This document shows, piece after piece, positions 26,401 through 41,400 of a DNA stretch of 64,000 nt. Position numbers and translations under genes: made by a program. The stretch is from assembly GCA_964187785.1 (NCBI GenBank), contig OZ076409.1, positions 90,708,001 through 90,772,000 of the forward strand, written 5' to 3'. The notes beneath the pieces are model-generated. The model was not told the origin of the DNA and did no database searches. It was given only the letters and a program-made list of their open reading frames with translations. Origin of the DNA: Amphiscolops sp. MND2022. Taxonomy: Eukaryota. Position 1 is the first letter of the stretch. Each line of letters begins with the position of its first letter.

Positions 26401-29400
26401 CCTGTAGCTGTAATCAAAAATATAGTTTGTGCCAATGTTTCTGCAATGTTGTATAGAGGTTGTTTTTTGAGATTCCAGTCGAGTCGCTAAAATTTGCTCC
26501 GATATTTTCCTCCAATACGTGGGTTTTCAGTAAGTAATCTAATGAGGGATGAAAAAATTTTACTTGTTTTTGAGCTGAATCTCACGAGGTCTATCCCGTT
26601 CTGGTTTCGGAGTGTGAAGAAAACTTTGAGACTTTCAGTTCTTGCAGTTTTCCGCTTTCTGACATAGAGAAATCCTGCAAACTGAGAGCCATCGTCAAAC
26701 TTGTACAGCAGTTCCCGTTTTTGTAAAGAGCTGTTTGTTTTATCCATAGTGTACATACACAAACAGTGTTGCTTCGCTACCACCACGAAATTGTCCAAGC
26801 TGTCGAAAAACATGAATTTTAGGGAAAGATATAATCTATAGTTCACGATTCCTCCAACAAAATACTTTTGAGATTTTTTTTGAGTTCGCTTCTTTGATAA
26901 TTCGAATTCCATTGATTAATTATTCAAATGAGCAGACCAATCATTGTTCCTCGCAATGTCTGAAATTTTTGGTAGACGAAGGAGTCTATGTAACAAAGCA
27001 AAAGTATCTAGTATTGCTAAACAAGTTATGACCTTTTTGATTGAGTTATAACCTCGTTATTGCTCAATTTATGATCTAGCGCTTGTTAGCTTGTTATGGC
27101 CTCAAAGCCATTGCATTGTGATTATTGTAATAGCTTAGGTAGTTGAAAAAATTGGGCAAAATTCTCATAAATCATTTTGTAAGATCTTGTAAGAAAATGC
27201 GGATCTTGTTTGCTAATGCAACCCACAAATTCATTGCCTCCGCAAACAAAATAGTTTTCGGACTTTCGATTTTTAGCGTAAAAAATTGATCATTAACCCG
27301 GAATAGCATAGTGGTACGATTTTGCACCACCCAAGATCTGCAAACTTCTAAAGGCACCAGCTGACCGTATGGTAAAGAAAACTCTTGAATAAGATTTTCA
27401 AACTTTATTACACAGCATTGCACGCATGTTCACCGATTGTTGACTTGATGTGTCCAGAATCAAAAAATGGGACCAAAAAAATTGTGCGCAAAAGTTCGGT
27501 TTTTCCTGTTTTCTTTTGTGGCCACTTTATACCACTGGGGTCAAGATTGGGTCAAAGTGACCGTAGCATGTTTTGAAACCGTGCAAAGTATTGGCTCAAG
27601 GTCCGGAGCCAGTGCCCAAAATCAGTGCCTTAAATGTCCACTTTCGAACGCACTTAAAATTTTTCGTCGGACTTGAATAGTTTCGGAGATATTGCGGTTT
27701 AAATTTAGGCACCAGACTTTTGGGTGGATCTCGAAAATTCTTCCTCCAATCCCCCTTAAAACGGAGTGCTCGCATGTTCGCCCAATGTTGTGAACAGAAA
27801 ATAGTGGTCATGTTAATGGGCATGCAGCCAGCTTCGTTTCACGCTTGTGTGAACAAGAAAGGGTTATTACTGAGTCGAAAATGAAGTTCTTCACTCACGC
27901 TTCATGAACATCTTGAGACACAGAAACATTTTCTCAGTTCTGAAAAACTGGTCACCATGTTACCTGATTTATTGAGTTGGTTCATTCATTCTTTGATTTT
28001 GTAAAATGGCTCTGTCCAAATTGAACTTGAGCAAACTCGTTACCGTAACAAAAACTAAATTATGGAGGGCAAGAAAGTTGGGTCCTCCTGTAGGCTATGG
28101 GGCATTAGCAAATAAGATCCAAAATAGCATTATGTGACGCTAACTCTTACAAGGTTCTTGTAAGATTTGAAAATTTCAGATGTATCGGTATGCGGAGAAC
28201 TCGTCAAAAACAACTAGTCAAAAATAACCCGCCGAATGCAAATCGCCGAAATTAAGGTGTGGAAAACTGGTTGAAAACTAACTCGTCGAATATTAATTGG
28301 GTGCAAAATCGTCGAATAATTACAGAATTCTTACAGAATACTAATCAGCTGTTGGCGCCCCACCATTGCGAAGTGCAAATTAGGGATTAATTTTTTTAAT
28401 TGATGCGTGAAAAGTTTCAGTTCTACGCGTCATGTTGCTTTATATAGCTGTATAATTGCCTGAAACGTACAAATTTATAGTTCACAGTGTAATACTTTTG
28501 TCCGTAATACAGTACGATCACATAATTAGAGATATATTGTGTATTTGTCCGAGATAGTTTCCTGTACTTGCGACAAGTTTTCCGCCTTGTATTTTTGACC
28601 AGTTGTTTTCGGTGAGTTGTTTCCGACCAGTACTTTTCCTAGATTCAGATATATCAATGTTCACCGAAGATTCCAAGTTTTCTAAACTGAATATTATTAC
28701 AAAACCCATCTCAATCAGCAGTTAAAATGAAAAGTTTTCTTTGTATTTCACTGTCTGTTTCAAGCAATCATCATTTGAAACTGCAATTGAATATTTGACT
28801 TTTTGGGAGCTCGAACATTTTTATGCGTTGAGTTTTATTGGTGCAACTTTTAGTATTCTTACCAATCAATTGCAAGCAAGCCATCGTTCGCACCAGCTAA
28901 GCTAGATGGTGAATTGGATTGGTCGTCTCGATTGAAGTACAATTCATCCAGGGGCACAAAATGAGCTTCGAGTCCTTTCGACAGAAGTTGTTCTAGACTG
29001 TACAAAACGACACCAAGTTCAGTGAAGACTACGAGACGCTCGTGAACAACAATGGCAGGTAGTGAAGGACTGATTAAGGGGTCCTCGAAAATCAGGATGC
29101 GTTCTGCAAGATCTTCCAGTAGATCCCATTTGTACAAGCTGATTGAAGAACCGCTTTGACCCAGAATCAGGTTATGGTTTGGAACGAATTTCATTGTCAT
29201 CTCTTTGTCTAAACAGACATATTACTCTTATATCAAGAAATTTCAGAGTTTTTCAATTGAATTACAAAATGCTAAAAACGTTATACTGGTGAAAAATGGT
29301 TGCGACATTAGAGTTGTATTTAACTCACCATTGTACACTACACCAAATATTATTTGTTTACGACCGAAGGATCGGATTTCGGGACCAAGTTTGCCATTTA

Positions 29401-32400
29401 TCTTTATTGATAAATGTATGCACCTGAGCGAAAAAAAACTATTTTTTTCAATGTTGGCTTCAGCATACTTCAACAACAATTGAAAAAAGCCGCCAAACAA
29501 AAATTAAAATAACTCAGTCGCGTTTTTTGCCCAAATTTGACTTGTTCCAATTTTGTACACAAATGATAATAGTTTTTCTTCATGAATCAAATACTATACA
29601 ACTAGGCATATTGCACATGTATTTGTTAAGACATTGGAATCTTTTCAGCGGAATTTCTAGAAAAATAGCCACCAAAAGAAATTAACTACTTAGCATAATC
29701 TTGTACAGAGAAAAACAGTAGTTTCGTAGTTGATTGGCTGCGCCCGAGTCTTGACGGTAAAGTTCATGGCTTGAAAAAAGTTCATGACGGTAAAAATCAC
29801 GCCGATCCGCTTCGCTTCGCTCCTGTAATTAGGGCACTAGGGGTATGTGAACATAGCTGACTAAGTTAGTTTTTTTCGAAACTGCACATATCTGCAAAGA
29901 TCTGCAAAAATCCTGCAGATCTGCACAGATTCGCAAAGATCGAAAACCTGGGATGTCCCGCTCGTAATGAAACTATCGAAAGGTACCAGTAGACACTGCA
30001 TGATCGCTATGACCGGAACCTAATTAAATGAATTCTATCCATTCATAAAGGGCCTTTACCAGTTGGCCGTTGTACTTACAATATGCCAAGAAAAGGTCGG
30101 CCAAACGTTTGAATAAAGCACAGCATGCTTAGATGGTTTCATTGTAGTTTCACGCGGAACAAAGCAAGAGCGCAAACAAAAACTACTCAGAGTATTAGAA
30201 AAATTGAAAGCATCGGTTGCCGAGCAAATATGCTACCAAGGTTTTCCTCAAAAACAGAATGTGGCTAGTGAAGACTTCATACCCTAGGACTCTCGAGAAT
30301 ACATTCCCACTGAAAATTTCAAAAATGTATACGAGACGTGCATAAAACGATCGAATTGAATAAGACGTGTTCGAATTGTTGTGGCATTTTCGCCTGTTTG
30401 AGATTTTTCATGTCCAAATTGCCACTTTTGAAAAGGATTAATTTTAAATTGCGCTTTGGTGAGCCCAAGAAAGTTGAGTTTATGTACCACGTCTGCAGTT
30501 TTCTCACAGGTATATCCGCATAGTTCAATAAAAAAGGAATTTGTGCATAACATTTGCTTTTTTCAATCTACTGGTTCTAAATTTTGGCTTCAGCTCTCTT
30601 TAAATGGCCTAATGAGAAAAAATTTGATGATGTTTCTGAGGGTAAAAAACTTTAATCTGAGGCCAAAATTGAAGAATTGGATGAAAGTTTACAAAGAAAC
30701 CCGGTTTGTGGAATTTTCAAAATGGAACTAAGGTGCATTTCGGGCTGCTTTAAACATCTCCTTTCTCAGCAGGAAAGCTGATTGACAATGCAATTAACCA
30801 CTAAGCATTTTTAGATAGGAACCTCTTCAGAAGTCTTATTAAATTTAATTGTCTAAAATGAACCAAAAAAACCAAAGCGGTCAATAATGTCAGAAATTAT
30901 TTTTTGGTGCAAATTCCGTTGTAAATCAACTTAGCATGAGCCCTGAAAATATTTTGCTGCTAAAATACTTAAGGGCAAAAAAAATCCGGAGATGAACGGG
31001 CATCTTGTTCAATAGGGAAAGAAAAACTCACTTCGTATGAAAATCAAGGGCTGCTGTGTCTCAATGTTGAAGATGCAAGATTTCGTGTAATCGCTCTGCT
31101 TCAGAAGGATGAGACCTCTTTCTATGTCAAAATCATACACTTCGTCGATGCGTACCCTTGTGAACAGTAATTGGAAGAGATCCACGAATATCAACGCGGC
31201 TTCCGTCCTCAAGATTAGAAGGTTCTGAAACGTTTGAAACTATAAGAATTGGGTAAACTCAATTGTTCACATCCTTGGTTGTGTGTATTGACAATCGATC
31301 TTGAAGTAATGCTAATTCGACCATGATTTCAACAATAAGACTCAAGGTTTATTCACAAAAACGGAACTTAAAGATTTGTCAATTGCCCTGGTCGAGAAAA
31401 AATGCGTTCCTTGCAAAATGCAATTGCTTGTAAGATCTTGCAAGGAAATTTGTTCCTTGCAAGATCTTGCAAGGAAATGTTTTCCTTGAAAGATCTTGCA
31501 AGGAAATGTTTTCCTTGAAAGATCTTGCAAGAAAATTTTTTCCTTGAAAGATCTTGCAAGGAAATGCTTTCCTTGCAAGATTCTTGAGTTCAATGTACTT
31601 CATACTGAGAAATTATGTTAACGTTTGTCGTGATTTGAGAATAATGTCAAAAACGTTAATAACTATTATTTCAGAAGGGTAATTTAACAAATTGAAAAAT
31701 AATTTCGATCGAAATATTATGCACAGTCTAATTTCAAATCAATAACTGGTACATAACACAATTGATTGGAAAAAATTTTCAGAATACTCTGAAACTGTAT
31801 TTTAAATGTTGCGTCACTGAAATGTACTACTACTTTTCAAATAACTTCACTAAGATCACACTTTTGGAGATATTTTCTAGAGTTTGCATCTTTTTGGTGG
31901 TTGAACCCTCTAGTAAGTAAACCCCGTTCTGTGACAGAATCTAATAGTCACGATGCAGTAGTCAACTTGAAGTCAAAACAATGAACATAAAAAATAAAAA
32001 AAATTGTCGAGAACCTTCCACGAAATTTTTTCCTTGGAAGAATCTTGCAAGGAAATTTTTTTTCTTGCAAGATTCTTGCAAGATGTCTTGCAGAAAAATG
32101 CATTATCTTGCAAGACCTTGAAAGAAAATCTTGCAAGATCCTTGCAAGGAACGCATTTTTTTCAACCAGGGTGCTTATATGTAAAAAACTTCAGTTAAAA
32201 CTTAATTTTTTCTTATCAACGGTATCCTCAACAATGACAATGTAAAATGTTGTTGTTCTCCGTTTTCGGGATTTGTTTGTAATCATCTAATAGAAAAAAT
32301 TAATATACAATGTAGATGCAATACAATGTAGATGCAATAGGACAAAAATTTTACCCAACAAGTTCAAATTTGTCAAAGTCGGCCATTATACTTACAAGCC

Positions 32401-35400
32401 AGGAACGACCAAATCAGCGTCCTCCTTAAAGCTCAAAACGTCTTATAATGCTAACAGTGCTAAAATTGGGACCCTTCAAGCATAAAAAAGTTGATTCTGT
32501 CTTGTAAATATCCAAAATACCAAAGACGGAGTCCTTTTCTGTGATGAAAATTCATAGATTCTAATGTATATCAGAACCGCATCGGAAAAAAAAGAAGTGA
32601 AACTTTTGTAAGAACACATATACTAGGACACATGAAAGTGCGTGTAATAGAGTAAAGACTGAAAAGTCAACCTGTGATATTGGTACTTTTTTTTATTGAT
32701 CACACTTTAATTACACTCGATGGTTCTTGAACATACATACTCACAGCATATAAGATTGGGAGCTGTGTAGTCTTTATTGGATCATCGGTCACGTCTATCC
32801 GGAGCACTTTCTTCTGGATGGTCTTGACTTGTTTCCAAACTCCGGAAACAGCGGCGGATTCCACTGTGTCCGCATACTCCACTTCTTCAACCGGTTTGAC
32901 CTCTTGCACCTCAGGGGTGTCCTGTAGGGAAACCAAAAACTGGGTACAATGGATATGGATTGGAGAACTTCAATGTTTCACTTCAGAGTGTCAAACAAAA
33001 CAATTAATGGAGCACTCTAAAATTACTTTAAAAAACCTCCGGCCCTAATCGCAACATACCAACTTATTACAACGAATTTTCGGTAGCTCATATGGTACCA
33101 TAGCTTGCTATGGGTACATAGTATCCGAAAGGGTGCCGACTTAGAAAAACAGAGCTGCCTTTTCAGCGTCCTCCCGCCGATTGGGGGAATGGAACTTTTT
33201 TTCTTCTTTGTGACTAAATTGGTTCCAGAAAAAAATTTTCCTACCTTGGGGTCGTCGACAATGTGAACTTCGAATTCATCTTGGGCATTGCTCTCTTTGA
33301 AGTGCAGTTCACTTGCATTGGCTTCTTCCAATTCGTCTCCATAAGACACTATTAAGACAAAAAATCACATAATATAATGCCATCAATATTAAAAGCCGTT
33401 CCTATATACATGACTCAATTCCAAGTTTTTTTTCTCCTTTATTTTCGAACTTTCAAGTTGTTAACCTAAATTCAATACCTTTTCGTGAAGCATTTTACAC
33501 CCATGGAGGCTCCCAGACATTTCAACCCCGGTCATCAATGGAGTGCATATGAGTCTCTTCTGTACCTCAAACCAACACGCTAATTGAAAGTACTTACTTC
33601 CGGAGGCATTTACATTTTTGCCAGTCTTTTTTCCCATCTCCTGGGAGTGTTGTTCGCCCTCTCCAGCCCCCTGTGCTCCTCCCCCCTCCTCACTGCCATC
33701 CTCGCTGCTGGTCTTCATCACCCAGTCTACCTGTTCGTAGAAGGCGATCACGTGACCACTTTCCAGGATGTACACTACCCTCACGCTGTCCATGGCCTCC
33801 ACGAAGGGACACACAAATGCTATCTTCTCAGACTGCCACACGTCAACGTCGGGTAGCAGGTACCACTGTTTTGTCTGGAGAAAAGCAATATATATATATA
33901 TATAAAATTTTAAACACTTTTTATACTTGAAATGAAATAATAGCGGATATACAATAGTGTAAGAAACAAACTGCAGCCTAATTTGTGAGTTGGACCATGA
34001 CAAAATTTTTAATTGTTCACTATTATATTAAAAATACAACCAGTTCAAACATTTATTTGTATTCAAAATGATAAACTAGCATCAGTATTTAGTTGGATAC
34101 TCCCTGTTTTTATTCGGTGCATTTTCCTTAAGGAAAAAAGCCCGACTATTACAGTGGCTAGAAGCCAGAATGTATGCGTAGTGGACACTTTTTACAGAAA
34201 CTACTAAACTACTGCACCGGGCAGAAAAAATGGCAGCACTAAGTTAATGTAAAGGGTCCCCATTTAAGTTATTCCATGTTTAACGTAACATACAAAACCG
34301 GACTAAACTAAAGGCCCCCTTCAAATCTTTAAAAGTTTCTAAATGGTCCCCCTTCAATTTTTTTTGATATTTTACAACAAACTGGAGTTTCAAAAAGCCA
34401 AAAGTGTCCCCTCCTTTAAAATTTTCGACCTTGTGAGATTTTTCAAATTGATTATTTTTTGTCTAAAAAAGTGGGTTTTCTCAGTTGATCATCACTCTAC
34501 ATGCAAATTTTGTTTTTTAAAGAGTCGTTTTTCGGCACTATGCGACTTTTTTCCATTTGGTTTTGATCGAAGCCACCTCAACTCTTACAAGAAACGAAAC
34601 GTTTTGCCAGCATAGAGGACTCCTCAGGGTTTCCGTCGCTATGCAACATTTTCCGAACGAGAAAACCAGATTTTTTGATAATGAGTGTTATACGGTTCAT
34701 CCGTCAATCATCAAGAAACTGATAAACTGACCTTTACCGAACTCCGGTTGTAGACATACCTACTTAATGTTTACAAACAGTAGATATATACTGAAACATT
34801 TCATTCATGTTACTTGATACATAACGTACACTTGAGTACAGTAAAGAGATACTTTTAGAAAACTGTGTTCTTTTCCTAGTAATAGTCAGAGATACAACAT
34901 GGCGCAGTAAGCAAGATTTTAAAAAACAAACCGAAAATTTTTTTCCGGAACCATGGCAGATAAGAACACCGTACCGAACCTAGAAGCAAAGGCATCGGAC
35001 GGAAACCAAATAGTTACCCCAAGACAATGGCTGGAGAGATTCCGGCATTTTACTAAACGAGAACACAAAATCGATATCACTCCGCTGATAAAGGCAGAAG
35101 ATATCACAGAGGTCGGATGGAACGCCGAAAAAGAAACAAACATCCAAGAAGACTTCATCTGGGGAGTGGGACCGGAAGCACTATATCAAATAACCCGGGC
35201 CGAGTACAAAACGGAACCGGACAGTATCAAAATCAAAGATCTAATTCGGTTGTATACCGAATATTACCTCCCGAAACGCAATACATACCATAATAGAGGG
35301 GACTTCTTTTGGGCAAAACAATCGGAAAACGAGACACCTGAAGAATTTTGGAGAAGACTTATCGAGATAGAAAAAGAATGCAACTTCGGCAGTATATCAG

Positions 35401-38400
35401 CCGAAGAATTACTAATATCCAAATACATGACGGCAACAACAGACAAGAAACTACGAGACAAACTAATGAAAGAGAAAACATTAGAGATGAAGAAAACGAT
35501 CGAAATGATCAAACAAAATACCTACGAAAAGAAAAACAAGAAAAACACAATGCCAGAAGCCTTGATTACAGCAAAAGAAAAACAAAAAATCAAAGAGGAA
35601 CCGATACAAAGAATGGAAAAATACGGTACCAGGCCGAAAACAAGAATAACAGGAAGCCGACCATGTATATTCTGCAACGCACCAAACTGGAGCCCAATAC
35701 ACAAATGCCCCGCACAAGACTCAAATTGCAACAATTGCGTAAAGAAAGGACACTACGCACGAGTATGCAAACAAAGAAAAAAGGACAACCGAACAGTGAA
35801 AAAACTTACCGAAGAAGAAGATATAGAACCGAATGAATCGATGAGTGAATCCGATGAGAGTATATACCACATAGAAGGAATAAAGTAGATCGTAGAACAA
35901 CAGAAACACTACACAGCAAAAACAAAAGTAAACGGAACACCAAAAAAATTTATAATTGACACCGGATCCCCAGTAACAATAATGCCACTAGACGAACAAA
36001 CAATGAAGAAGACCGAAATCCAGAAAATATCAAACCGATACCAAGACGTGAACAAAAACGAAGTAAACTTCCGGGGGAAGATACCGGTAGACATGGAGTA
36101 CGAAAATAACAAACAAAAGATGGAAATACTAATTACCGAAAGAACGGAAATAACACCAGTATTGGGTATGGACTGGATGAAAAAATTCAAATTGACAATC
36201 GGAAGAATACAATTAACCGAACCCAATCAATCGGAAAAAGAAAAAGTAATCAAAAAATTCCCGGACCTATTCGAAAACAACCGAACAATAAAAGATACCG
36301 AAATAAATATACAATTGAAACCCGGACACTACCCGGTAAAACAGAAAGCGACACCGATTCCACTACACCTACAAGAAGATGTAGGACGAAACTAATAAAA
36401 GCCGGACATCTAGAAAAAACAAACAATGTGGGTGAAGACTGTTTTGTATCACCGGTAGTAATAACAATAAAGAACGATAAATCGGTAAAAAAAACATTGG
36501 ACTCCCGAAAACTAAATGACACCTGCATTAAACGGAGAACACACATGCCGAACATGGAAGAATTATTAAACCAAATTTCGGTAGAAATTTCACGGGACCG
36601 AACACTACAATTATTCATGTCAAAAATCGACCTAGACTACGCATACGGACAAATGAAACTTTCCGAAGAAACAAGCCGACAATGTGTATTCGCAATTACC
36701 GGAGCAAAATTTAGCGGATATTACAGATTCAAAAAAGGGTTTTACGGACTTGCCGATATCCCTACAATCTTCCAAGAAAAAATTGACCGAACACTAGAAT
36801 ACACCGGCATGGCTAGATGACATCATAGTAGTAACACGCGGAAATAAACAGGAACACGAGAAGAAACTATTTGATGCACTATCCAAACTCGAAAAAGCCG
36901 GATGTCGGGCAAGTAAAAGAAAATCCAAATTCTTCCTGAAGCGGACCAAATGGCTGGGACATGAAATCGACGAGAACGGAATAAACCCGAATGAAGAGAA
37001 AGTCGAAGCCATACAAAAGTTGAAGTCACCGAACAATACAAAAGAACTGAAATCTTTTCTCGGCGCAATGCAATATTTAGCGAAACTCCTACCGAAACTT
37101 TCGGAAAAAACGGACAGACTGAGAAAATTGCTGAATAAGAATGAACCATGGATATGGGAAGAAGAACAAGAAAAAGACTTCAAACAAAGAAAACAAATGT
37201 TGACCGATAAACCATGCTTAGCACACTACGCGAAAGACAAGTGTAACATGGTAACAACAGACGCGAGTAAAACCGGACTCGGTATAATACTCTGGCAAAA
37301 ACAAGATGACGGAGAAAGAAAACCGATCGCATTCGGTAGTAGATATTTAAACGACACCGAAAAAAATTACTCAATCGGTGAACTCGAATTACTAGCAGTA
37401 GTCTGGGAACTTGAAAAATTACAATTTTACCTATACGGAAAGAAAGTATTTTTATACACAGACCACCAAGCACTGGAACCGTTAATAAAACGGAATCGGA
37501 GTAATCACCAATACAGCGCAAGTCTAACGAGATGGATAGACCGATTAGCACATTTTGACATCGCAGTTCAGCATATTGCCGCTAAGAATTTAAAGTTTAC
37601 CGACTATCTCAGCAGAAATCCGGTAGAAGGAGCACCAACAGAAAACAAATACGACGAAGAATACGTCATTAACATATTAACCGAACACGCGAAATTGAAC
37701 GCAAAATACGGTTCATTATTCGACAGCCAATCAGAACGCAGCAAACAAGACACCGAGACAAAACAAAATCAATCCGAGAACAAAATTGAGCAAAGCAATG
37801 ACCAATCACATCAAAATAGAACATTCCAGAATGAACACCACGTGAACAAAACCGACAACAGTGAGAAAACCACATCCGGGCAGTCCGAAATTAACACCGC
37901 AAAGACAAGTTCAAACACAACAAGTGAAGAAAACGAAAAGATGATCCGAGAAAATCTGTACCACTGGGGAGCAACCCGAGAAATTATGGATATAATTAGA
38001 AAACGGAACAAAAGCCCCAAAACACGACGTTTAGTCGAAAGAAGAGAAGCCTTGGCAAAACCCGGAACGATGCGGAGACGGTACGACACGCAATCACAGA
38101 GGATGATATTCACACCGTCGCGACCGAATAAAAGAAGCCGCGAAGAAATTGCGGAGATCGACGCCGAGCTCTCACAAAGAGCACACCGAATCGGTGGAGG
38201 ATACCGGCCACTACAACCCGAAGAAGAAGAAGAAGAAGAAGAAGAAGAAGAAGAACCGGAGGCACCAGAAGAAGGAGAACTACAAACCGAACAAATTACG
38301 GTAGATACCGAGGAAGACAGTGTGATAATGCGGGGAGACAACTTGCCGATTGTCGACCTAAGCAAATACCACACAGATGGTAAAGAAGCACACTACATCC

Positions 38401-41400
38401 AGATAAACCACATAGTGGGAAAAATCACCGAAATCGAAAAACTAACAGACGAGAACATAAAGAAAGCGGAATTCAACTTCATGCTTGACCTAAAAACCCT
38501 CATCTCCAAAACGGCAATTGATCCGGAAATGACACGAGTCCGAGCTAGCATGAGGAGAGAAGAAAAAGACACCGCACCGGAAGGCTACAGACCGGTTTTT
38601 GATTAATTCGGTGGGCTACTGACCGGTTAAACTATTAATTCGGTGGGGTTTAGACTTTGTAGACGACCAAATTGGCGTTCCAATCGACTTACAAAGAAAA
38701 CTGATCGAGATACTACACTTCGGTCATTCCGGGACAACCAAAATGTTATCGGACGCTTAAATCTTCTGGTGGCCGGAGATGCGGAAAGATATTGAACAAA
38801 AAGTTAAAGGCTGCACAGCCTGCCTAGCTACAGGTAAGAATCTTAGCTACCCGATTCCAAAAAACCAATACGGAAAATTAGAAAAAATTATCCGAACCGG
38901 GAGAGGAATTACAATTAGATTTTACCGGAAAATTACATAACAAAAAACTTAACGGAGAACCCCAAATATTAATCGCAATAGACCGATTTAGTAAATGGCC
39001 GACGGCGAAAACTGGCAAAACGTCGGACACTAAAGAAGTCATAGGTTTCCTATCAAACCAATTCAACCTATACGGTATTCCAGAAAAAATCAAATCCGAT
39101 AAAAGCGGAGCATTCATTTCAACCGAATACAAAAATTTTTGTAAATCCTGAAATATAGAAATACAAAATTGTCCTCCACGAATGACAGATGGAAGAGCAA
39201 TACAACAATGAAAAATTTAATATTAGCTAACATGGAAGACGGTAACAATTTAACCGAAATCGTAAATAGAGCGTTAAGAGTAATGCGATTCACAATACAC
39301 ACGGGACTAAAGAAAACGCCATTTGAACTACACCACGGTCGGAAACCGAGAACGGAATTAACTAATATATTAAAAGACGGAAAATCATTTCTATCAGACT
39401 GGTCAGAACTATCCATTTCAGCACCGAATCGGCCCAAAATACCGATATATGTCGGAAGGGACGCCGACGGAGAAATCACCAACCACATGGTGATGGCAAG
39501 AACAAAAACCGAAGAACGGCAATTGGCTGCGGAAACAAAATCTCCGAAGAAGAAGAGAAGCTCGGTTAGATATCCATTTAAATTCTTCGAAAAAAGACAC
39601 AACAAAAAATCTTTAGAAGGAAGATTTCAACCAAAAATACAAACCGCAATAAGCGGAACCGAAAACACCGTAAAGACAGATACGGGCAAAATAATACACC
39701 GAAAATTTATTTCGGGTCCACTATTTCAGAGCGAGAAAAGACACCGAAGGGAATCGGCACCAGCAGTCTCTGCCGAAATAACACCCAAGAACCGACACTG
39801 CCTACGAGGACTAGACGGCAAATACGGGAAATGGGATGAAATCCTAAGAGACATCCTGAACGGAAAACTGCGAATAGTACAAAACAAAAAACATACCGAG
39901 ACCGAATCGGAAGATGAAGACGATGATGATGACGACGAAGACGAAATGCCGAAAGAAGCCGGAAATACCTATGACACATCGGAGAGAGGAGGACAATATG
40001 CCCCAATACAAACAGACCCTGAAAATGAGAAAATGATGCAAAACAAATCCACACAGATAGAGAAATGCCTCAGGGTGAGAATACCGAAAATCTTCAAAGA
40101 CGGTCAAACCGAAATACCAATAGACCGAATAGATACGGTAGCATATATTACATATTTCATTTCTGGGTATGAAAAAACTTTGTATGTTACAGGTCAAATT
40201 TGGAACCGAACAAAAGGCACACCACAGCCAATACCGGGAGATGTGCAAAAGCCCCAAGACTTCTTGCCAAGCAACATGACATTACCCACCACATCCTCAA
40301 GCCCCTAAGGAACCTCAGAGAGAGAAGGGGGAATGTTATACGGTTCATCCGTCAATCATCAAGAAACTGATAAACTGACCTTTACCGAACTCCGGTTGTA
40401 GACATACCTACTTAATGTTTACAAACAGTAGATATATACTGAAACATTTCATTTATGTTACTTGATACATAACGTACACTTGAGTACAGTAAAGAGATAC
40501 TTTTAGAAAACTGTGTTCTTTTCCTAGTAATAGTCAGAGATACAACAATGAGTTCTTTGTTGTTTCCAGTTGGGGAAAAGGTGGCTTTCGAGACTTATGC
40601 GTATCGCTTCAGGTCTTTTTTGCCACTGAAACTTTGATGGAATTTCAGCAGGGGTATCCTTTTGCGTACTTAAAAATTTTTACTCTTTTAAACCTTGAGC
40701 GGGGTGCCGACTTGGGCCGTTCCCGGCTTGTTAATCACATCATTAAAACGGCTGCACATCAGAAAATTTTTCATGAAATCGTTGGGTGTTTTATGGAGTT
40801 CTTCCAAAATTACACTCCATGGTTATTCAAAATTTTTAAGGTTTGCTCTTAACACTCTTTCGGACATGAGCTCATAAATGTTCGACCTGATTGAGATGAG
40901 GAAACTGTGATGGCCACTTTCCGATAACATGAACGCAGTTTTCGGTGGGAAAGGTCAGAGTTTTGGTCACAATATGCAAGGTGCATTGTCTTGCTGAAGT
41001 TTTTCTCCCAAAAACGTATGGAGGAACGGTGTCTCGACCAAAACTTCATTGTATTTTTTCGAATACATGATTGCAAAATTTTTACTATAACCCTTTTTCT
41101 GGTCTATAGCTCACTTTTGGAGTTATGCGGGTCGGTGTTCCGTTTTCCATTGTCCCATTTTGTCTCTTCAAAGTATAACAAAATGCCTATGTTTGAACTA
41201 TCCCTACTAGAATGCAATTTTCTCAAGGCCCTTCCCGGTTTAGCCCAATTCATTTTCTACATATAAGGGTTCAGTTTGTTTCTCACATTATGTACATTGT
41301 TATATCTTATGGCAATAGCTCCGGCTGAGTTGCCCTAGTTTTGAGTACCTCTTAAATGCTGATATGTTGTGCACACTGCCGGAACCTTTTTGATAAATTT

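Larger units (their letters stand above)
34686..40547 (+). mobile_element. Element C: Ty3/Gypsy (Mag-like) LTR retrotransposon, same family as B, recent but defective
   Basis: 214-bp LTRs 34686-34899 and 40334-40547 differing at 1 site; TSD ATGAG; PBS TGGCGCAGTAAGC at 34900; PPT AGAGAGAGAAGGGGGAA. Confidence 0.97.

Noticed and set aside
31342..32245. Repetitive short ORFs in all frames
   Set aside because: Translations of palindromic MITE repeats.
38220..38254. (GAA)n microsatellite as a separate element
   Set aside because: It encodes the poly-Glu tract within pol of element C.
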